A stretch of DNA of 64,000 nt from Patescibacteria group bacterium (GTDB lineage Bacteria > Patescibacteriota > Minisyncoccia > Phycocordibacterales > Phycocordibacteraceae), in contig JACDGK010000004.1 in assembly GCA_013815345.1 (NCBI GenBank), positions 10,361 through 74,360 on the forward strand. The letters are read 5' to 3'. A model generated the notes under the pieces. The model saw nothing but the letters and a program-made list of their open reading frames with translations, had not been told where the DNA came from and did no database searches. Shown in pieces: positions 57,739 through 64,000 of this stretch. The translations under genes and the position numbers were made by a program. The first letter of the stretch is position 1; every line of letters begins with the position of its first letter.

Positions 57739-58812
57739 TCACGCAAGAGAAGGGATGGAATGTATAAGTGAGATGGACGTACCGTTCGACGAGCTTTCTC
57801 GAGTGAGTTTTGCTTCGAGTTGATCAGCGAGTGAGTCTACGATACTCGTTCCAAGTCCTGACGGTTTTTCCTCAGTCATGGAATACCCCACACCATCGTC
57901 GGCTATGAGAAGCGTCCACGCATCCTTTTCGGATGTATAGGTAACGGTAATCTTTCCTTCACCACCCGGGAAGGCATGCTTCAGGGCGTTAATGACGAGT
58001 TCTGTGGTGAGAAGACCAAGGCTCGTCGCTTCATCTGAGGTAACGCTACCCGACTCTGCATATACCATCAATGTTATCGGCTTGCGCCCGCCTATCATTG
58101 ATTTTGTAAGATTTGCACAAAGATCTTTTAAATAAGGCGCAACGTTTACCGTACCGTCTGTTCCTGTCGGGTCAAGTTGGCGTTGCACACTCGCGATAGA
58201 GATGATTCTCTCGTGCGTGTCCTCAAGATGTTTTCGCGCTTCATCTGACGACGAGCTGCCGGCTTTCAGCAGAATGATACTTGCGATCAATTGCAAGCTA
58301 TTTGCAATGCGATGCCGCATCTCGTTCAGGAGGTTATTTTTCTGTTCCAGCAAAATATTTTTCTCATGCAGGAGATTTTTTAATTCATCCTCAACCAGAC
58401 GTTCTTTAGTAATATCAAAAATAGAAAGAAGCATTTTCTTTCCCACATTCTCAAATTCTATTGATCGTGCATTCACCAGCATTGTTCGCTTGCCTAGCAT
58501 TTTAAAATCATGAGAGACTTCATAATCTCTAACCGTTGATTGCTTTGGAATCACTTCTTCAAGAAGGTTACGCAAGGCAGGTATATTCCATTCACCACTA
58601 CCTAGCTCGTAAAATAAATGGTGCTGAGTATTCTCCGCATTTACATTGAATTTAGTATAAAAGGACTGGCTTGCGGCAATAACACATAACTTCTCATCAA
58701 GCACAATGAGTGGCTCGTGAATAGTTTCTATTATGGCCCGCGTTAGAATATGACCATTCTTGGGGTCGCCAAGAGGATCCTGCATCTGTAAATCTTCATT
58801 CATGTCTCCCAC
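57739..58812 (-). CDS. Cytoplasmic PAS-domain histidine kinase of the HisKA_2/HWE type
   Basis: PAS region, then the H-box EMRHRIANSLQLIASIILL (HRxxN of HisKA_2), then HATPase_c. Confidence 0.85.
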   Translation of the reverse strand: MGDMNEDLQMQDPLGDPKNGHILTRAIIETIHEPLIVLDEKLCVIAASQSFYTKFNVNAENTQHHLFYELGSGEWNIPALRNLLEEVIPKQSTVRDYEVSHDFKMLGKRTMLVNARSIEFENVGKKMLLSIFDITKERLVEDELKNLLHEKNILLEQKNNLLNEMRHRIANSLQLIASIILLKAGSSSSDEARKHLEDTHERIISIASVQRQLDPTGTDGTVNVAPYLKDLCANLTKSMIGGRKPITLMVYAESGSVTSDEATSLGLLTTELVINALKHAFPGGEGKITVTYTSEKDAWTLLIADDGVGYSMTEEKPSGLGTSIVDSLADQLEAKLTRESSSNGTSISLIHSIPSLA

Positions 58813-58865
58813 AGTATACCCTCAAGGTGAGGGTTACATGAAGTTTGTATGAAATCTTTCAAAAT

Positions 58866-59501
58866 CTATATATTCTCTTTTAGCCCCCTAAACAGGACAC
58901 GATCGGTAGCGTAGTCGATAAGACCAAGCACGGAAGGCGGAATATATTGTGAAAATCCGCTCGAAGGGCGCGGTATACGTAACCGAAGATGAAACGTCGT
59001 ACTGGTCGCTGTGTTGTCCTCGAGCACCAGCGCCCACGTAAAATGGTATTTAGTAGTCGAGGTGGCTGTGGACGGTTGAGAAGCATATAAAACATATTTG
59101 TTAGGAACTATTTCTAGAACCTTAAGCGTGCCGCCACCCCAGTCGGGCACCACATCGCCAACCGCAAGGTTTTGAAACTGTGGCAGCGTGCTGGAAGCAC
59201 TATGTTCGTGAATAAGGTTTTCAAACCAGAGCGGGGCATACCACCCTCCACGATCTTTTCCGAGCTGCACTATCCAGGGCCACACAACTTCTGCCGAAGC
59301 AGGAAGAACTTCTGCACGATCTATGGATATCCAGGGTTCAGGAATTATTTCATCACCTGGGAGCGCCTCGCGTACTTGTGCGTCGGTAACTCCTGAACGT
59401 GTGCCAAGCCTATTCAGAGCCACGAGAACAACAATAAAGAGAATTATTACGAAGGCAAAAATGAAGTATCGCTTCACTTTGTTGTGCCCGTTTATCTCCA
59501 T
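58866..59501 (-). CDS. Hypothetical membrane-anchored/secreted protein
   Basis: 211 aa with an N-terminal TM/signal anchor. Confidence 0.45.
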   Translation of the reverse strand: MEINGHNKVKRYFIFAFVIILFIVVLVALNRLGTRSGVTDAQVREALPGDEIIPEPWISIDRAEVLPASAEVVWPWIVQLGKDRGGWYAPLWFENLIHEHSASSTLPQFQNLAVGDVVPDWGGGTLKVLEIVPNKYVLYASQPSTATSTTKYHFTWALVLEDNTATSTTFHLRLRIPRPSSGFSQYIPPSVLGLIDYATDRVLFRGLKENI

Positions 59502-59609
59502 TTAAAAATAGTAGCATGTGAGCTCTTTCACTCTGATTAACAATGTCGAAAGCCTCAATATCAATAGCGTTAAAAAGAAAAGCCGCTGGATCAATCAGAT
59601 CAACGGCTT

Positions 59610-59927
59610 TTAACTAAAGATCAGTACCAGAAGCCATCCTTCTATCTCTTTTCCCAGACCCACGTACCTATGGGGCTGGTGATAGACGTGAATGATATTT
59701 GCTCTCGGAAATAGTCTCCGAGAGACTAATCTCTCTAATATTCGAAGCACTTGAGCGGGGTTGCCGAAATCAGCAAGGTGACTTATTACGCAATCTTCTT
59801 GCTGGAGGGATCGTTCCTCTGAAATGACCGCGACGGCTGTTAGCTCATTCCGATCAAGGTGTTCCTCCGCAATACTAAAGGCTTTTCTCCACGTGGGGCA
59901 GTAACGTTTCTTCCCCAAAAGAATCAT
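59610..59927 (-). CDS. Hypothetical small protein (possible thioredoxin-fold/ArsC-like single-Cys protein)
   Basis: KKRYCPTWRKAF near the N-terminus. The similarity is weak. Confidence 0.35.
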   Translation of the reverse strand: MILLGKKRYCPTWRKAFSIAEEHLDRNELTAVAVISEERSLQQEDCVISHLADFGNPAQVLRILERLVSRRLFPRANIIHVYHQPHRYVGLGKEIEGWLLVLIFS

Positions 59928-59959
59928 TTCTCTAGCTCCTTATAACTTATGTGTGCATT

Positions 59960-60661
59960 TTATTCCTCTTCTTGCGGCTCGAGATCCTCAAGAGAAGGAA
60001 GGTGGGAGGGCCTCGGCGTTTTCTCATGTTGGAACCCAAGAAGTCCCTTTCGATACAGTTCGGTATATTCCTCTCGACACTCGAGACGAATGAGAGCGAG
60101 TCGCGTAAGTCTCTCGTCCCAGTACTCGATCGCTAGTCCAGGCTCAGGCCACAATGACCAGTCACGAGGAGGCGTTTCTGGGCTCGCTACCTCACACATG
60201 ACTTCAGGTAGTATCTCCACTGTTACCTCTAGCGACCCTTCTTCTTCCGGAAGAACGGGGTCCTCGGAAAGATCAGAGTCTTTCGAAGGTTCTTCTTCCA
60301 CTTCTACCGGCGTCGACGAGGGAGTGTTTTCGTGCGGGTACTCGGTTTCTCTTTTGTTCTCGGATGGTTGCAACACGGCCTTAGTGTTTGACCCAAACCT
60401 ATCGGACTCTCCGAGAGAGAAGATACATTCCTCTTGACTCTCTTCTATTATTCCCATAAAGAGATGACCACCCAGTATCTCCTTATAGCCGAAATATCTA
60501 CCCTCTGAAAACCTCCGTTTTTGCCACGGAAAAGTATTGGTGCTCGTATCGTTTTTGAGGCTCCAGAATAATAAGCTTTTTCCAAAGTCATATCGTCTTC
60601 CGGGGACATAATCACCGCAATCCCGAGCCTTGGTCATGGATTCACTCCTATTGCTGACCAC
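59960..60661 (-). CDS. Hypothetical acidic protein (Glu/Pro/Ser-rich); coding strand uncertain
   Basis: A 233 aa minus-strand ORF and a Ser-rich 162 aa plus-strand ORF overlap. The minus frame has the more protein-like composition. Confidence 0.3.
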   Translation of the reverse strand: MVSNRSESMTKARDCGDYVPGRRYDFGKSLLFWSLKNDTSTNTFPWQKRRFSEGRYFGYKEILGGHLFMGIIEESQEECIFSLGESDRFGSNTKAVLQPSENKRETEYPHENTPSSTPVEVEEEPSKDSDLSEDPVLPEEEGSLEVTVEILPEVMCEVASPETPPRDWSLWPEPGLAIEYWDERLTRLALIRLECREEYTELYRKGLLGFQHEKTPRPSHLPSLEDLEPQEEE

Positions 60662-60753
60662 ACAACGGGTCTGAGATTATAAAAACACAGAATAGAGCAA
60701 ATGGCAAACACGCTGCATTCTCTCAGCGCGTCTCTCCGAAGAATAAAAACGTA

Positions 60754-62184
60754 TTAGTACGAATGGCTCTGAGCCACTCTTTTTTCCCTCAGAAGTGTCG
60801 CACTTAAAATCGCAGCCAGGAGAGCAAACAAAGCACCCACAAAGAAAGCTACATGATAGCCACTTGCGAGCGATGCCGTAGGAGAGGCGCCCGATGCGAG
60901 TACGCTTGCAGTGCGGGCAGCCGCTATACTCGCGAGAATAGCAAGACCAAGCGCACCTCCCATCATAAATGCGGTATTAACAATTCCCGAAGCGATGCCT
61001 GATTCATGCGGTTCAACGTCATTCATCGCCGCAAGGAGCATGGGATTAAAGGCAATGCCTGCGCCTATGCCAAGGAGTACCATGCTGGGAAGAATATCAA
61101 TCAGAAAATTACCTTGGAGCGGAATGCGTGCCAGCAGAAACAATCCGAGCGCAGCAAATGAAAGCCCAATCGAAAGAGGTCGTTTAAGGCCAAATCGGTT
61201 TACGAGTTTTGCTGAAAGACTAAATGAGAAAAAGCCCATGATGAGGTTCGCGGGAAGAAATGCCAATCCCACCGCAAGCGGGCTATAGCCGAGTACCACC
61301 TGGAGATACAGCGCCGAAAGAAAGAACAATGCAAACATTGCCGCAGCCCAAAATATGCCAATAACATTCGCTGTCGCTAAGTTATGAAGTTTGAAAAGAC
61401 TGAGCGGGATGAGTGGCGAACGTACGCGGGACTCTATGACGAGAAATGTTGCCAGCAGTATAACGGCCACTACCAAAAGTCCCAGGGTCTGTAGGGAAGT
61501 CCAGCCAACTTCATTCCCATTCACAATCGCATATACGGCCAGCATGAGTGCAAGCGTGATAGTGATTGCGCCTGCAACATCGAGATGAATTTTCTCCGGA
61601 CGTTGATGAATTTTTGGCAGAAGGTACAGCGACATTATAAAGACAATAATGCCGATAGGTATATTTACGAGAAATATTGCATGCCAATTAAGCGTTCCAG
61701 TTAGCAATCCGCCGAGGAGTACGCCGACACTTCCACCGCCCGCAGCAACGAATCCAAAATAGCCCATTGCCTTGGCGCGTTCAGCAGGCTCCGTAAAGAG
61801 CGTCATCATGAGCGAAAGCGAGACGGCAGAAACGATAGCGCCACCGATGCCCTGTACCGCCCGAGCACTAATGAGCGCCCACTGCGTGGTCGAGAGTCCG
61901 CACGCGAGGGAAGCGAGCGTGAAAACTCCCAAACCAATGAGAAATATACGTCGATGACCAAAGAGGTCACCGAGTCTTCCTCCCAGCATGAGAAATCCAC
62001 CAAAGGTGAGGATATATGCATTCACCACCCACGCAAGTGATGCTTCAGAAAATCCAAGATTGGTTTTAATGGAAGGCAACGCGACATTTACAATCGTGGT
62101 ATCGAGAACGATCATGAGGGTGCCGAGACACAGCACCGCAAGAGCTGCCCACTTGTTGCTTACTACAGAAAACATAGGTCCCAC
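60754..62184 (-). CDS. MFS transporter, DHA2 (EmrB/QacA, 14-TM) drug:H+ antiporter family
   Basis: LDTTIVNVALPSI, the GGRLGDLFGHRR motif A, and 14 hydrophobic segments. Confidence 0.9.
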   Translation of the reverse strand: MGPMFSVVSNKWAALAVLCLGTLMIVLDTTIVNVALPSIKTNLGFSEASLAWVVNAYILTFGGFLMLGGRLGDLFGHRRIFLIGLGVFTLASLACGLSTTQWALISARAVQGIGGAIVSAVSLSLMMTLFTEPAERAKAMGYFGFVAAGGGSVGVLLGGLLTGTLNWHAIFLVNIPIGIIVFIMSLYLLPKIHQRPEKIHLDVAGAITITLALMLAVYAIVNGNEVGWTSLQTLGLLVVAVILLATFLVIESRVRSPLIPLSLFKLHNLATANVIGIFWAAAMFALFFLSALYLQVVLGYSPLAVGLAFLPANLIMGFFSFSLSAKLVNRFGLKRPLSIGLSFAALGLFLLARIPLQGNFLIDILPSMVLLGIGAGIAFNPMLLAAMNDVEPHESGIASGIVNTAFMMGGALGLAILASIAAARTASVLASGASPTASLASGYHVAFFVGALFALLAAILSATLLREKRVAQSHSY

Positions 62185-62274
62185 TATGACAAACTTGAAT
62201 CATTTAGTAAACACTGATAGGAGATTTACTATTGAAAACCATTTGATACTCTTTATTAAAGAAAGGAGAGTCCG

Positions 62275-62643
62275 ATGCTTGCAGGTATTGTTATGTGCTG
62301 CGTCGGAATATTGCTATTTTTCGGCGCGGTATGGAAGTACTACTATCAAGCGTATTGCGAAGCCGTATACAGGGATGCAACCGTCTCTTTGGAAGCCGTT
62401 TTGGTTTGTTATTCTGAGTTGAAAATAGCTGCTTCTTACCAGGGAGCGCTTTTGATCCAAAACGCCATTACTGCTCAGCGAAAATGTCTACGATTGAGAT
62501 TCTTCAGTATGAATCCACATCCACTTCTTGCGCTCGATCTTCTTGAGATCATCCGCCGCGACGTTGAAGATGATGATCCCTCTCCGGGTGGAGGAGAAAT
62601 TCTTAGTCAATTAGGTTCCCGTGAGGGAACCTTTATTTTATAA
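62275..62643 (+). CDS. Hypothetical small protein with N-terminal TM helix
   Basis: RBS GGAGAG upstream. 122 aa. Confidence 0.4.
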   Translation: MLAGIVMCCVGILLFFGAVWKYYYQAYCEAVYRDATVSLEAVLVCYSELKIAASYQGALLIQNAITAQRKCLRLRFFSMNPHPLLALDLLEIIRRDVEDDDPSPGGGEILSQLGSREGTFIL

Positions 62644-62698
62644 AAAAACCGCACTCATTGGGTGAGGCGGCTTCGGTTTGTACGTGCGCGCAATATCG

Positions 62699-62920
62699 CT
62701 AGCGTGAATCTCGGCGAAATATTTTTTGTAACCAACTCACCAGAGTTTGCTTGGGGTGTTTGCGATCCGGCATCTCCGCCATCGCTTTTTTGAAAACTTC
62801 TACGCTTGGTTCGGTCGTAGCAGGAAAGTGAAAGGGCGGACGATACGGTTTACCCCACAGGGTGACGACGTTCGAGAAATCCTTGCTCACCCGGTTCTCC
62901 TTTGCGGCGACTCTTCCCAT
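62699..62920 (-). CDS. Hypothetical small protein (~73 aa from ATG 62920; the ORF extends to 63028)
   Basis: MGRVAAKENRVSKDF...LVSWLQKIF. Possibly co-transcribed with the upstream ORF. Confidence 0.25.
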   Translation of the reverse strand: MGRVAAKENRVSKDFSNVVTLWGKPYRPPFHFPATTEPSVEVFKKAMAEMPDRKHPKQTLVSWLQKIFRRDSR

Positions 62921-63213
62921 CGGTAGGCCTCGTACTGTCTTTCGACGGCGTCGCACCCGAGCGCCAGATTCCGAGCTACGACAGCAGCTGAGCCATCGTC
63001 TTCGATGGCCTGGAGGCGATTGATGCAATCTCGGACGCTCCGAAGCACTTGCTGACAGTGCTGAGCTGGGATTACCGTAGTCGAGAGAAGGCGTCGATAC
63101 GCCTGTGACTCACCAACTTCCGAGACTTGTTCAAACCCGGTCTCAAGATTTTGTGTAAGTCTTTCGATAGCTTCCACGATGGATTTCTGATAGGAAACAA
63201 CGGTATCGTTCAT
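62887..63213 (-). CDS. Hypothetical protein (108 aa)
   Basis: Composition is protein-like and balanced. It overlaps a second minus-strand ORF (62699-62920). Confidence 0.3.
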   Translation of the reverse strand: MNDTVVSYQKSIVEAIERLTQNLETGFEQVSEVGESQAYRRLLSTTVIPAQHCQQVLRSVRDCINRLQAIEDDGSAAVVARNLALGCDAVERQYEAYRWEESPQRRTG

Positions 63214-63381
63214 CTAAAAACTCTCCTTTTAAACCTAACGACATGCCCGGTCTTCTTTGAAAGTACCACACTATTCGTTTAAAGCCAGCCCCATGAGTTA
63301 AGAGGTCTTGTTCCGTAAAAGAGGAATGCTTCTATGCCAAGAAATAGTCGCTGCTGTTGAACATCCATGAGTAGTATGTAA

Positions 63382-63753
63382 TTACTGCGCATTGTTTTGC
63401 TCTTTATGAAAGCGAGGGAATCGAGGCATTACAAAAGAAAAATGTTTTCTTTTGCTCACCAAGCGCTTTTCTTCACTCGTGATGTCATGAATCATTCGGC
63501 GGTAGCGTTTCAAGCCTAGGTACAAAACGACCGGGCCACCTATAGTGAAAAGCCACGCGAGGGTATGCAGCACTAAATCTTCTCCGGGAATAAAATGCAA
63601 CGCGGTGATACCCGTAATGAAAAGGGTGAGCGCCGTTCGCGCAAAAGCGAGCAGCGTTCGATCATTCGAGAGTTTAGTACGATCAATAGCTAATTGATCC
63701 CGAAGAATTAGTTCCTCGTTTATAAATTTCTGATAGCGATCTGAGTCAGGCAT
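63382..63753 (-). CDS. DUF202/YidH-family membrane protein
   Basis: ELILRDQLAIDRTKLSNDRTLLAFARTAL, then two TM helices. Confidence 0.7.
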   Translation of the reverse strand: MPDSDRYQKFINEELILRDQLAIDRTKLSNDRTLLAFARTALTLFITGITALHFIPGEDLVLHTLAWLFTIGGPVVLYLGLKRYRRMIHDITSEEKRLVSKRKHFSFVMPRFPRFHKEQNNAQ

Positions 63754-64000
63754 AGGTACGTTGAATTTCGATCAGTCTGTTTTTTGACGCGAGGCAGATC
63801 GGAACATATGTTTTATTATAGCGTAGTTTTTTGAGCACTAATATTTTGGCCGGCCGCTAAGAATATTGGAATCTGTTTGGTATGAAAAACCGCCACACCC
63901 TTGGAGGTACGACGGCTGATGGCAAAGCGCGGCGCTCTCTAAATAAGCGTTTTTAGAAGCGCAGGATAAAGCTGTCGTTCAACCTCTTTGATTCGTTCGT

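Noticed and set aside
1-64000. Search for CRISPR arrays, tRNA/rRNA genes, transposases, integrases, phage structural genes
   Set aside because: I found no regularly spaced direct repeats, no tRNA-like cloverleaf candidates I could substantiate, no DDE/tyrosine recombinase motifs and no capsid/terminase-like ORFs. The window looks like core chromosome with accessory metabolic and surface loci, not a mobile element.

Overview
This 64 kb window is a bacterial chromosomal segment of about 50% GC, densely packed with genes. It may come from an uncultivated CPR/Patescibacteria-like lineage; the hints are the gene content, eukaryote-like PMM and SET genes, type IV pili and a lysine-tailed sigma factor, but this taxonomic call is weak. 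It opens with an unusual run of transcription and replication genes: rpoB (5'-truncated), rpoC, dnaG and rpoD, all on the + strand. Other housekeeping genes are purB, hisS, prmC, purD, an RRM RNA-binding protein and a cold-shock protein. Apparent operons are:
- a minus-strand operon with two GH130 glycoside phosphorylase/hydrolase genes (one carrying two GH130 domains), a eukaryote-type phosphomannomutase, a cupin-only phosphomannose isomerase and an FAD-linked oxidase;
- a DipZ-like CcdA-thioredoxin fusion followed by an ABC exporter pair;
- a seven-gene type IV pilus cluster (PilB, PilC, major and minor pilins, and a 516 aa giant minor pilin);
- a surface glycosylation module (ArnT/PMT-like GT39, LAB_N, GT2 polyprenyl-phosphate glycosyltransferase);
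- a canonical SET-domain lysine methyltransferase;
- two two-component systems, a hybrid kinase, and a PAS-HisKA_2 kinase with a single-domain receiver placed next to a standalone sigma-70 region-4 mini-protein.

I saw no rRNA, tRNA, CRISPR array, transposase or integrase. Several clear intrinsic terminators are visible, and one near-consensus sigma-70 promoter runs antisense to the prmC start. The most unusual items are these:
- the histone-H1-like lysine tail on RpoD, together with the SET methyltransferase;
- the split PhyR-like signalling module (region-4 mini-sigma, receiver, HisKA_2 kinase);
- the doubled and membrane-anchored GH130 enzymes with eukaryote-type PMM;
- a DnaG whose zinc finger has lost three of four metal ligands;
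- an EVE-NYN-UvrD/Cas4 helicase-nuclease neighbourhood.

All coordinates for motifs I located by hand may be off by a couple of bases.
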